The notes below the pieces were generated by a model. It was not told where the DNA came from. It searched no databases and was given only the letters and a program-made list of their open reading frames with translations. The position numbers and the translations under genes are program-made. A DNA stretch of 64,000 nt from positions 13,526 through 77,525 of IMG/VR virus record IMGVR_UViG_3300032605_000009; one strand, given 5' to 3'. The number at the start of each line of letters is the position of its first letter. The first letter of the stretch is position 1. Below are positions 1-8,274 of this stretch, one piece after another. Origin of the DNA: a virus.

Positions 1-1
1 T

Positions 2-799
2 CACTTCGAGTGGGACTGGCGAGATGTTGCTAAGTGCAACCCTAACTACGCTAAGTTCATTAAGCGTGAGATGCTTCGTATCGGCGAAGACTCTGACGAG
101 TTCCAGATGTCGTACTGCGGCAAGTGGCTCCTAGAACGAGGCATGTTCGTTACCTCTACAGTTATGGACGAGCTTGGCGACACCTCTCAAGAGGTAGTTA
201 AAGCCTGGCACCGTTCTCCTGTTGTAGTGGGCATTGACCCAGCCCGTAAGATGGACTCCACAGTAGTCACAGTTGTTTGGGTTGACTGGGATCGCCCTGA
301 TGAGTTCGGCCTCTACGACCACCGTATTCTTAACTGGCTTGAGATCCAAGGCGATGACTGGGAAGACCAGTACTTCCAGATCGTTAACTTCCTTTCTAAC
401 TACGACGTCCTAGCAGTAGGTGTAGATGCGAACGGTGTAGGCGATGCCGTAGCCCAGCGTCTAAAGATCCTACTTCCTAGAGCTGAGGTACATCCAGTAG
501 GCAGCTCCCAGCAGGAGCAATCCAAGCGTTGGAAGCACCTAAAGCAGCTTATAGATAGACGCTTAGTAGGTTGGCCTTCTCACGCAAAGACTCGTCGTCT
601 ACGTACCTGGAAGCGCTTTTACCAGCAGATGACAGACCTAGAGGTTAAGTTCAATGGCCCTAACTTCTCTGCCGCTGCCCCAGATGAGGCTCACGCCCAT
701 GACGACTTTGCTGACTCTTTGGCTATTGCCTGCTCTCTAACTATGGAATTAGCTATGCCTTCAGTAGAGGTAAGCTCGAATCTATTTTTTAGTAGATAA
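2..799 (+). CDS. terL: Terminase large subunit, C-terminal nuclease domain (5'-truncated by window edge)
   Basis: Frame is open from position 2 (HFEWDWRD...). Motifs VVVGIDPAR, VGVDANGVG and HDDFADSLAIA are typical of the TerL RNase H-like domain. Lies upstream of the portal. Confidence 0.9.
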   Translation, partial: HFEWDWRDVAKCNPNYAKFIKREMLRIGEDSDEFQMSYCGKWLLERGMFVTSTVMDELGDTSQEVVKAWHRSPVVVGIDPARKMDSTVVTVVWVDWDRPDEFGLYDHRILNWLEIQGDDWEDQYFQIVNFLSNYDVLAVGVDANGVGDAVAQRLKILLPRAEVHPVGSSQQEQSKRWKHLKQLIDRRLVGWPSHAKTRRLRTWKRFYQQMTDLEVKFNGPNFSAAAPDEAHAHDDFADSLAIACSLTMELAMPSVEVSSNLFFSR

Positions 800-802
800 G
801 CC

Positions 803-838
803 GTTTAGCCTTACTTACACCTCTTTCTGTAGCACACT
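803..838 (+). promoter_or_regulatory. Putative phage promoter GTTTAG-N24-CACACT
   Basis: The same two-part motif and spacing recur at 3629, 6717, 17701, 40323, 49425, 49768 and 51548, always just upstream of a gene. Confidence 0.55.
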
Positions 839-878
839 TTAACTGAGGTCCTCAAACCCATATTTCAAGGAGTCATAT

Positions 879-1277
879 ATGACAATCGCACCAGATCCAA
901 AGTTCCCAGAGAACTCTCCAATCGTTTACGATCGTAAAGTTTCTCCAGCTCTTCCAGGTCAACGCGGCCCACTTCGCTTCGAAGAAGGCCTAGCTACAGA
1001 CACCGATATCCCTAACGAATTCTCAAAGGGTGCTGCCCAGGGTTACACAGCTGCTCCAGGTCGCCCAAACCGCAACGTCAACGTATTTGAGAAGTTCCCA
1101 GAAGAGACAATGCGTGAGCGTGCTCACGTTGGCTCAGCTGCATGGGTTGAAGCTCCTAACACACTTCAGGAGTTCTCAAACGGTGCTTTCGCTGATCATG
1201 GCGATAACCGCATCGAAGAGGTTATGCGTAACGGTTCACATCAGCAACGCCTTAACCCTGCTGTAGTTAACGACTAA
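879..1277 (+). CDS. Hypothetical protein (head module)
   Basis: 132-aa ORF, AAGGAG SD, codon usage like the major structural genes. Confidence 0.75.
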   Translation: MTIAPDPKFPENSPIVYDRKVSPALPGQRGPLRFEEGLATDTDIPNEFSKGAAQGYTAAPGRPNRNVNVFEKFPEETMRERAHVGSAAWVEAPNTLQEFSNGAFADHGDNRIEEVMRNGSHQQRLNPAVVND

Positions 1278-1287
1278 TCAAATAAGT

Positions 1288-1332
1288 TTCTTGCCCTCCG
1301 TATTCAGGTGACATGGCTGGCGGGGGCAAGAA
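1288..1332 (+). promoter_or_regulatory. Intergenic stem-loop
   Basis: TTCTTGCCC(T)CCG pairs with CGGGGGCAAGAA around a 20-nt interior. Confidence 0.4.
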
Positions 1333-1349
1333 CCTATTAAAGGACAAAC

Positions 1350-1658
1350 ATGGCTCTGATTCAAGGACAAGAAGCTAAGGAAGCACCTAAGCAATACCCT
1401 GCTAATCCTAAGCTCTGGAACATGCTTACAACTCAAGCACGCTCCAAGTTCCGCGCCTACCCATCTCCAGCTGCAGCGCACTGGGTTCACAGTCGTTATC
1501 AGCAACTTGGCGGCAAGTTCGTCGATTCCAAGAAGCAGGTCGATCCAAAGATGCGCGACTACGCTCAAGAGCGTAAAGATAAGATCGAAGAGAAGCAAAA
1601 GAAGAAAGTAACTAAGCCTGTGGGTAAGAACCTTATCTATGGCGAGCGATATAGATAA
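1350..1658 (+). CDS. Hypothetical basic protein
   Basis: 102-aa ORF with AAGGA SD; PSPAAAHWVHSRYQQLGGKF motif. Confidence 0.75.
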   Translation: MALIQGQEAKEAPKQYPANPKLWNMLTTQARSKFRAYPSPAAAHWVHSRYQQLGGKFVDSKKQVDPKMRDYAQERKDKIEEKQKKKVTKPVGKNLIYGERYR

Positions 1659-1716
1659 TAACTAGCTTAGTGTGTTACCATATGTCGACAAATAGATTTA
1701 TTGAGAGGAAGTGTAA

Positions 1717-1908
1717 GTGCCAGCACTAAGTAGCAAGCGCACAGCTCCTCTCCTAGTGGACGCTGGCCTTGTGTTTGGCCGACTCACAGCCACCGCAGCT
1801 CTTTACCCATTTACTGAAGACATGAAAAGCATGGTTGCTACCGCCGTACGAGCACCACGTACAGCCCAGGCTCTGCCTGTTACGGACGGAAAGGAGGTGA
1901 GCGCATAA
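1717..1908 (+). CDS. Small hypothetical protein
   Basis: GTG start after GAGAGGA; its TAA overlaps the ATG at 1908 (TAATG coupling). Confidence 0.45.
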   Translation: MPALSSKRTAPLLVDAGLVFGRLTATAALYPFTEDMKSMVATAVRAPRTAQALPVTDGKEVSA

Positions 1909-2063
1909 TGTCAATTGATTTTTCACCACCATCCTACCGCGCAGCATCGTCGGATTTAACAATATCAATCAGCCCCCTAGGCCTAGTAGAACTCGCAGAC
2001 GAAGAGTTCGAGGTGCACGGGCCACGCTTGAATAGATACTCGTTAAATTGGGCGATGTATTAG
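1908..2063 (+). CDS. Portal protein, N-terminal segment (51 aa, MSIDFSPPSY...NWAMY*), not in ORF track
   Basis: Perfect SD AAGGAGGTGA at 1891-1900, 7 nt before ATG 1908. Ends TAT TAG at 2058-2063, directly before the portal reading frame. Confidence 0.75.
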   Translation: MSIDFSPPSYRAASSDLTISISPLGLVELADEEFEVHGPRLNRYSLNWAMY

Positions 2064-2064
2064 T

Positions 2065-3624
2065 TACCTAGGTCATCACTGGTCGTACCGCCGTCAAACA
2101 GGCGAAGCCCAAATGGCACTCAACTATTTTCGTGCCTTCTCAGATTTCATCATTAACTTCACCTTTGGCAAGGGCGTTAACTTCCGCTCACCTAAGGAAA
2201 CAGAAGCTATTGTCCCAGACCTTCTAGAGCGTGTATGGGAAGTAGATAACAACAAAGCTACAGTTCTTTGGGAAATCGGCCAACAAGGCGGAGTATCTGG
2301 AGACTGCTTTATCAAGGTAGCTTACGAAGAAGCATTCGTGGATACCGCAGGCCGCGCTCACCCAGGCCGTGTACGTATCCTGCCACTTAACGCATCATTC
2401 TCTTTCCCAGAGTTCCACCCACATGATCGCGAGCGCCTCATCCGTTTCAAGTTGAAGTACCGCTTCTGGGGCACATCACTTGAAGGCACACGTCAAGTAT
2501 TCACTTACACTGAAATCTTGACAGACGACACGATTGAGGAATACATCAATGACGAGCTCATTGACTCGCGCCCAAACCCACTGGGCACTATACCCGTTAT
2601 ACATATTCCTAACATTCGTATTTCTGGTTCTCCTTGGGGTCTCTCAGACTGTGATCAGATTATCAGCATTAACCGTACGTATAACGAAACGGCGACAGAC
2701 ATTGCGGACATCGTTAACTACCACGCAGCGCCAGTTACAGTTATTATCGGCGCTAAGGCGGCGCAGCTAGAAAAAGGCGCCAACAAGGTATGGGGTGGCT
2801 TGCCTAAGGATGCTCGTGTAGAAAACCTTGAAGGCGGCGGCTCTGGCCTAAAGCTTGGTCTTGAGTTCCTTGAGCTAATGAAGAAGGCCATGCACGAAAT
2901 GGTCGGCGTACCTGAGACTGCTCTTGGTCAGGCTATGCCAGTATCTAACACATCAGGTGTTGCTCTTAGCATTATGTTCCAGCCTCTTATGGCTCGTTAC
3001 CACCAAAAGATTATTCAATACGCTCACGGCCTAGAGCGCGTCAATGAGCTTATCCTTCTTAACCTTGCTGTTAAGGAGCCTGAGGTATTTACCTGGGATC
3101 CTAACTCAAGCACAACGCCTCTAAAGCCTGGTCAGCTTTCACAGCTAGATCCTAATGACCCTATTACTTTCCGCTCTTATGTTCACTTCCCACCTCCGCT
3201 ACCACTAGACAAGCTCATCGTTCTGAACGAGATTCAGACCAAGATGTCCCTTGGCTTGGAGTCAAAGGAAGGCGCTTTGCGCCTATTGGGCGAAGAGTTC
3301 CCTGCTGAGAAGCTCACCGAGATCCGTCAAGAACTCATGGATGACGCTAAGGCTGATGGTGCTCTTAAGCTCCTACAGACCGAAATCAACAATGAAATTG
3401 CTTCCCTTACAGGAATGCTCCCTGCAGAAGGTGGTATGGCTGAGCCTCTACCTACTGGTCCAGAAGGAGAACCTGCAGTCCCTCAAGGCGGACCAACTCC
3501 GATCCTTGATGAGGCAACCATGCTGAACACAGCAGGTGAGGCGGCTCTACGTAACCGCCTAGTTACAGAAGCTTACGGCACCCAGATCCCACAGAGAAGG
3601 ACGCCGCAAGACTACGAGAAGTAA
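2065..3624 (+). CDS. Portal protein, main segment (ORF track 2113..3624; frame reads from TAC 2065: YLGHHWSYRRQTGEAQMALNY...)
   Basis: SPP1 gp6-like portal features (PNPLGTIPVIHIPN, GLSD, NTSGVAL) and position between terminase and scaffold. ATG 2113 lacks a clear SD. Confidence 0.88.
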   Translation, partial: YLGHHWSYRRQTGEAQMALNYFRAFSDFIINFTFGKGVNFRSPKETEAIVPDLLERVWEVDNNKATVLWEIGQQGGVSGDCFIKVAYEEAFVDTAGRAHPGRVRILPLNASFSFPEFHPHDRERLIRFKLKYRFWGTSLEGTRQVFTYTEILTDDTIEEYINDELIDSRPNPLGTIPVIHIPNIRISGSPWGLSDCDQIISINRTYNETATDIADIVNYHAAPVTVIIGAKAAQLEKGANKVWGGLPKDARVENLEGGGSGLKLGLEFLELMKKAMHEMVGVPETALGQAMPVSNTSGVALSIMFQPLMARYHQKIIQYAHGLERVNELILLNLAVKEPEVFTWDPNSSTTPLKPGQLSQLDPNDPITFRSYVHFPPPLPLDKLIVLNEIQTKMSLGLESKEGALRLLGEEFPAEKLTEIRQELMDDAKADGALKLLQTEINNEIASLTGMLPAEGGMAEPLPTGPEGEPAVPQGGPTPILDEATMLNTAGEAALRNRLVTEAYGTQIPQRRTPQDYEK

Positions 3625-3628
3625 TGCA

Positions 3629-3663
3629 GTTTAGCCTGTATTTCTTTCTATGTAGGGCAAAAT
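3629..3663 (+). promoter_or_regulatory. Putative promoter GTTTAG-N23-CAAAAT for the scaffold/capsid operon
   Basis: Member of the recurring motif family. Confidence 0.5.
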
Positions 3664-3744
3664 TAAATATACAACTAACGGTAGGTCATACGTGATACGG
3701 GCTTCGGCTCATTTGGAAAACGACCCAGAGGATAAGGACATATT

Positions 3745-4542
3745 ATGTCAGAAACAGCAGAAGTTATGGCGGATGCCTTCGCGGCTGAAGCTAACACAGT
3801 TCCAGTAGTAAATGTGTCTGGCGTTGATGCGCAGACTGCTACGGAATCTCCTGAAGCACGTCCTGGTAAGACTCAGAAGTTTTATACTGAAGATGATCTA
3901 GCCAAGGTTCGAGCCCAGGAAAAGAACAAGCTCTATCCTGAACTTGAGAGCCTACGAGGAGAAGTCCTTGAGCTCAAAAAAGAGAAGGAAGCTAAGGATG
4001 CTGCTAAAGCTCAGCAACGCGCTGAAGAGGAAGCAGCTCTACGAGCTAAGCAAGAAGACGAGCTATCAGCTAAAGATCTTCTTAAGCTTAAAGAGCAAGA
4101 ATGGAAAGAGCAGCTTGAGCATGAGCGTCAAGAACGCGAACGCGCTATCGCTCTTCTGGAACAAGAAAAGGCTTTTGCCGATCTACAGCAATACCGCCAA
4201 CAGCGTTTAGAGCAAGAACGAGACAACATCGTCCCTGAACTGCTCGACCTGGTACACGGCAACTCTCGTGAAGAGTTGGATGCAAGTCTTAATGATTTGC
4301 AACAACGCTCTGCGAAGATCCTAGAGTCTGCTCAGCAGGCACTAGTTAACGCTCGTAAAGAAATGCCAGGAACAAGGGCAACCTTGCCTCCTGCTGGACC
4401 ACTGGAAACTAATTCGGAACAACGTCAGTTTACGGCAGATGAGATCGCTTCTATGCCAATGAACGAATACGCTAAATACAGAAGTCGCCTATTGAGTGAT
4501 AGAGCTCAGGGTAAGACATCGGGAATGTTCGGCTCAAAGTAA
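3745..4542 (+). CDS. Capsid scaffolding protein
   Basis: E/K/Q/R-rich coiled coil, FYTEDDLAKVR motif, directly upstream of the capsid gene. Confidence 0.8.
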   Translation: MSETAEVMADAFAAEANTVPVVNVSGVDAQTATESPEARPGKTQKFYTEDDLAKVRAQEKNKLYPELESLRGEVLELKKEKEAKDAAKAQQRAEEEAALRAKQEDELSAKDLLKLKEQEWKEQLEHERQERERAIALLEQEKAFADLQQYRQQRLEQERDNIVPELLDLVHGNSREELDASLNDLQQRSAKILESAQQALVNARKEMPGTRATLPPAGPLETNSEQRQFTADEIASMPMNEYAKYRSRLLSDRAQGKTSGMFGSK

Positions 4543-4578
4543 CCCTAACCTCAACTCTATAGAAAAGGAACCATCTAA

Positions 4579-5652
4579 ATGGCTTCAGGTATCACAGGTA
4601 CCGGCAATCTAGCCGCGTCACCAACAGCCTACTCAGGCACAAACACCCAGCTCACACAGGCAATCCAACAGATCTGGTCTAAGGAAATCCTATTCCAGGC
4701 TATGCCAATCCTTCGTTTTGAACAATTCGCTGTTAAGAAGACTGAACTAGGTGTTGCACCTGGTCTCCAGATCAACTTCATGCGTTACAACAACCTCGGC
4801 TTTGCTTCACCATTGGTCGAAGGTGTACGTATGCAGACAAACGCTCTTACAGCTCAACAGTTCTCAATCACAGTAACAGAGCATGGTTATGCTCTTGCTG
4901 TTTCAGAACTTCTTCTTAACGCTTCATTCGATGACGTAATGGCTTCTGCTTCACGTCTTCTCGGTCGCAACATGGCTCTCTACCTTGATGGCCTTTCACG
5001 CGATACTCTCTATGCAGCTTCTTCAACACTTTACGGTGAAGATCGCTCATCAGTCTCATCTGCTGTCAACAACTGGTACGGATACGGCACATTCGCTACA
5101 TCTCGTGCTTCAATGACAGGTTCTTCATACTTGACACCACACGTTGTCAAGGACACAGTAGAGACCTTGGCTACAAAGAACATCCCTCGTTTGGGCGAGA
5201 CCTACGTCTGCTTCGTTCACCCTCACCAATCACGTACACTTCGCGACAACCCAGAGTTCATCGAAGTAACAAAGTACGCTGCTCCAGGCAACTTCATGCT
5301 CGGTGAAATCGGACGTTTGTACGATGTAGTCTTCATCGAAACAACACAGGTTCTCCACGTTCCTGGTGGTGCTGGTGCTAACTACACAGCTGACTCAACA
5401 GTCGCTAACCCAGTAGTTGTACCTGGCGGAGGATACACAACTCCTAACACCCTCACAGGTAACGGTTCATCTGACCGCTACAGCGCTATCTTCATCGGAG
5501 ACAACGCTTTCGGTCACGCTATCTCTCTTCCAGTCGAGCTCCGCGATGGCGGTATCTTGGACTTTGGTCGTGAGCATGCGCTTGCTTGGTACTCAATCTT
5601 CGGACTTGGCCTAATCACAGACCAAAGCGTAGTAATTGCGGAGACCAATTAG
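4579..5652 (+). CDS. Major capsid protein (N4-gp56-like, HK97 fold)
   Basis: 357 aa; YVCFVHPHQ, GEIGRLYDVVFIET, DFGREHALAWY motifs; strongly biased codon usage. Confidence 0.9.
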   Translation: MASGITGTGNLAASPTAYSGTNTQLTQAIQQIWSKEILFQAMPILRFEQFAVKKTELGVAPGLQINFMRYNNLGFASPLVEGVRMQTNALTAQQFSITVTEHGYALAVSELLLNASFDDVMASASRLLGRNMALYLDGLSRDTLYAASSTLYGEDRSSVSSAVNNWYGYGTFATSRASMTGSSYLTPHVVKDTVETLATKNIPRLGETYVCFVHPHQSRTLRDNPEFIEVTKYAAPGNFMLGEIGRLYDVVFIETTQVLHVPGGAGANYTADSTVANPVVVPGGGYTTPNTLTGNGSSDRYSAIFIGDNAFGHAISLPVELRDGGILDFGREHALAWYSIFGLGLITDQSVVIAETN

Positions 5653-5671
5653 CCTAAACAGTGATAAGATT

Positions 5672-5700
5672 CTCCTAGTAGGCAACTAGCCTGCTAGGAG
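5672..5700 (+). promoter_or_regulatory. Hairpin sequestering the SD of the homing endonuclease
   Basis: CTCCTAGTAGGC-AACTA-GCCTGCTAGGAG: 12-bp stem (one G-U) whose 3' arm contains AGGAG. Confidence 0.7.
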
Positions 5701-5711
5701 GTCTTTTACAC

Positions 5712-6275
5712 ATGGCAGTAAAAGAAGGATGTCCGCAAGGACATAAATATACAGAAGAAAACTCTTACATAGATAAGAACGGTTATACCCACTGCAGAAC
5801 TTGTCGCTTAGAGCGAATGAGAGAGCGCAGAAAGGATAACTTAAGGGTTGGACGTGGCGTTAATAACGCCTCTAAGACTGAGTGCCCTAAAGGTCACCCC
5901 TATGATGAAGAGAACACAATTACATATGTAAAGCCTAACGGTAGAACTAGAAGATGTTGCCGTGAGTGTGCCAGAGTAAACATGATTACCCAGAACGTTA
6001 AACGTTATGGAATAACCAAACCAGACTTCGAAGCACTAGTAGCATCACAAGATTCTAGATGTGCCATATGCAAAGGAAAGTTCTGGGATGAGGTCTCCTC
6101 TCCCCATATAGACCACGACCACACCTGCTGTAATGAGCAAATGAGGTCATGTGGCAAATGTATAAGAGGACTCCTATGCAGAGGCTGTAACCAAGTTCTT
6201 GGCTGTGCCAAGGACGACATCGAGACCTTAAAGGCCGCGATAAAGTACTTACGGTCAGGAACTCTGACTTTTTAA
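5712..6275 (+). CDS. Free-standing EndoVII-family (HNH) homing endonuclease
   Basis: Two N-terminal CPxGHxYxEEN..CRxC repeats plus CAIC...HIDHDH...RGLLCRGCN EndoVII core; AGA/ATA-rich codons unlike neighbouring genes. Confidence 0.85.
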   Translation: MAVKEGCPQGHKYTEENSYIDKNGYTHCRTCRLERMRERRKDNLRVGRGVNNASKTECPKGHPYDEENTITYVKPNGRTRRCCRECARVNMITQNVKRYGITKPDFEALVASQDSRCAICKGKFWDEVSSPHIDHDHTCCNEQMRSCGKCIRGLLCRGCNQVLGCAKDDIETLKAAIKYLRSGTLTF

Positions 6276-6301
6276 CCGAGACAATACATTGGAGAATTAT
6301 C

Positions 6302-6670
6302 ATGGCAACACAGAAAGCAAAACCAACCGACGTTACTGGTCGTGCGCGAGAAGCTCTCGCTGAACAGTTCGCCGAAGACCAAGCGCAACGCGCTGGTGAG
6401 ATGTCCCTAGCTACAGCTAAGGCAAGTGCACAGCTTGATGAAGTAATTGATGCAACAACCCCTAACCGTCAGACAGTCATTGTTGATGCTGTAACCACAG
6501 TAGGAAACGATGAAGGCGACATGGTTGAGATCCGCACAACTGACAACATTGAGAATATGACCCTTGGTAAGGGCAACACCTATAACTTCAAGGCAGGACA
6601 GAAGTACAAGGTTACTCGTCACGTTGCTACTCACCTTAAGGAAAAAGGCTACCTGGCTGGCGTCATCTAA
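6302..6670 (+). CDS. Hypothetical head-associated protein
   Basis: GGAG SD, structural-gene codon bias, follows the capsid gene. Confidence 0.7.
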   Translation: MATQKAKPTDVTGRAREALAEQFAEDQAQRAGEMSLATAKASAQLDEVIDATTPNRQTVIVDAVTTVGNDEGDMVEIRTTDNIENMTLGKGNTYNFKAGQKYKVTRHVATHLKEKGYLAGVI

Positions 6671-6687
6671 GGCGTAACTTTACGACT

Positions 6688-6715
6688 GAGCGGACTCTCG
6701 TCGGGTCCGCTTTTT
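6688..6715 (+). terminator. Rho-independent terminator
   Basis: GAGCGGACTC/GGGTCCGCTT stem followed by a T run. Confidence 0.75.
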
Positions 6716-6782
6716 CGTTTGTGCAGATTTTTAGGCTAATACACGCCATCATAGTACAGGCGTCTTTATGTAGGGAGTTTAT

Positions 6783-7850
6783 GTGGCTACGATCTCTGAT
6801 CTACTCTCTCGAGTCCGTCTAGAGCTTGGCGATCAGCAAAAGGCGTTTACCTTTAACGCAACAGGCGACGGCTCCACTAAAGTCTTTGCAACTGGCATTA
6901 AGCCAATGGAAGTTGAAAACTTATCGGTCAAGGTAGCTGGAAGCAGCATTGCGTACCCTACTGGCTACACTGTTGAGCAGAGCACAGGTATTGTCACCTT
7001 TGCTACAGCTCCAGCTAATAACGCGGCTATTGTCATTCAAGGCAATGTAGATCGCTACTTCCTAGATTCAGAGCTCACGGAGTTCATCAACGATGCTGTG
7101 AACCAGCACACATATAACCGCGTAGATTCCTACGGCAGCCAAGTTACTCTTGCTACTATCTCTGCAGTTGAGGAATACCCAGTAGCTATCCTCGCCTCTA
7201 TCGAAGGGCTATGGGCTCTCGCTACAGACGCAGCTTTTGATATCAACATCACGGCCCCAGACGGCGTAATGATTCCACGTTCTGAGCGTTACCGTCAGCT
7301 TACAGAGATTATCTCTGAGCGTTGGAACCAGTACCGACTCCTCTGCTCACAGCTCAACATTGGTCTCTGGAAGATCGAGATGGGTACCCTCATCCGTACT
7401 TCCCGCACTACCAACAAATATGTTCCTATCTATGTTGGTCAAGAGATCGACGACTCTCGTATGCCAGAGCGCGTCTGGATCCAGAACAACCTTACTGGCC
7501 GCAACCCATTCCCTTCATATGCTCAGACTTACGATATTGTCCTTTACCAAGGAAACAGCTACCAATCTACATTTGATTTTCCATTTGATATTACGGGCAT
7601 GGACTTTGAGGCGCAGATTCGCACCTACCCAAACTCTCCATCACTCTATGCAACGTTTGAAGTTACAGTCGTATCAACCTCTACAAGCTTAAGCACACTA
7701 CAGCTTAACCTTGAGGTTAGCGATACTGAGTACCTTCCTCCACGTGCTTTTTGGGATCTAAGAGCTACCTCATCATCAGACTCTAACTGGGCTCAGACTT
7801 ACATTAAGGGGCAGGTGTTTACCACTGAGGCGGTAACCCTTGACTACTAG
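6783..7850 (+). CDS. Head-tail adaptor / neck-like structural protein
   Basis: Starts DLLSRVRLELGD; YFLDSELTEFI motif typical of adaptors; Ig-like insertions. Confidence 0.6.
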   Translation: MATISDLLSRVRLELGDQQKAFTFNATGDGSTKVFATGIKPMEVENLSVKVAGSSIAYPTGYTVEQSTGIVTFATAPANNAAIVIQGNVDRYFLDSELTEFINDAVNQHTYNRVDSYGSQVTLATISAVEEYPVAILASIEGLWALATDAAFDINITAPDGVMIPRSERYRQLTEIISERWNQYRLLCSQLNIGLWKIEMGTLIRTSRTTNKYVPIYVGQEIDDSRMPERVWIQNNLTGRNPFPSYAQTYDIVLYQGNSYQSTFDFPFDITGMDFEAQIRTYPNSPSLYATFEVTVVSTSTSLSTLQLNLEVSDTEYLPPRAFWDLRATSSSDSNWAQTYIKGQVFTTEAVTLDY

Positions 7851-8262
7851 TTGTAATAGATGTGGTAGTTGGCCGTGTAACTGTGGAGCCATTACTGTAA
7901 CCCCTTCTGCGCCTATCGTTATCCAGGTCTCAACACCTACCCAGTACACCCAGTCTCAAACCACCCTTCAGGTCCTGCCTGGGCAAGGTGGGGCTAGAGG
8001 TATACAAGGTACGCAGGGCCTTCAGGGCTCTTATGGTGTACAGGGAGCTACTGGAACCAGTCTTCATAACATCTCTTATACCTATACCCAGGCTACCCCT
8101 TCGGCTACTTGGACTATTAATCATAATTTGGGCTATAACCCTAACCTTACAGTTCAAGATTCCGCTGGTACCATTGTTGAAGGCGAAATATCGTACACCA
8201 ATTCGAACTCACTTACGGTCACATTCTCAGCAGCTTTTAGCGGATACGCGTACCTATCTTAA
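7840..8262 (+). CDS. Small structural protein with short collagen-like stretch
   Basis: GxQ triplets plus C-terminal WTINHNLGYNP domain. Confidence 0.65.
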   Translation: MTTSCNRCGSWPCNCGAITVTPSAPIVIQVSTPTQYTQSQTTLQVLPGQGGARGIQGTQGLQGSYGVQGATGTSLHNISYTYTQATPSATWTINHNLGYNPNLTVQDSAGTIVEGEISYTNSNSLTVTFSAAFSGYAYLS

Positions 8263-8274
8263 GGAGATAGTTCC

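Noticed and set aside
2058-2070. Group I intron or genome-wide TAG recoding as the explanation for the portal stop
   Set aside because: The gap is only 7 nt and does not end in G. Simple readthrough would stay in the wrong frame, and TAG is a normal stop in many other genes here.
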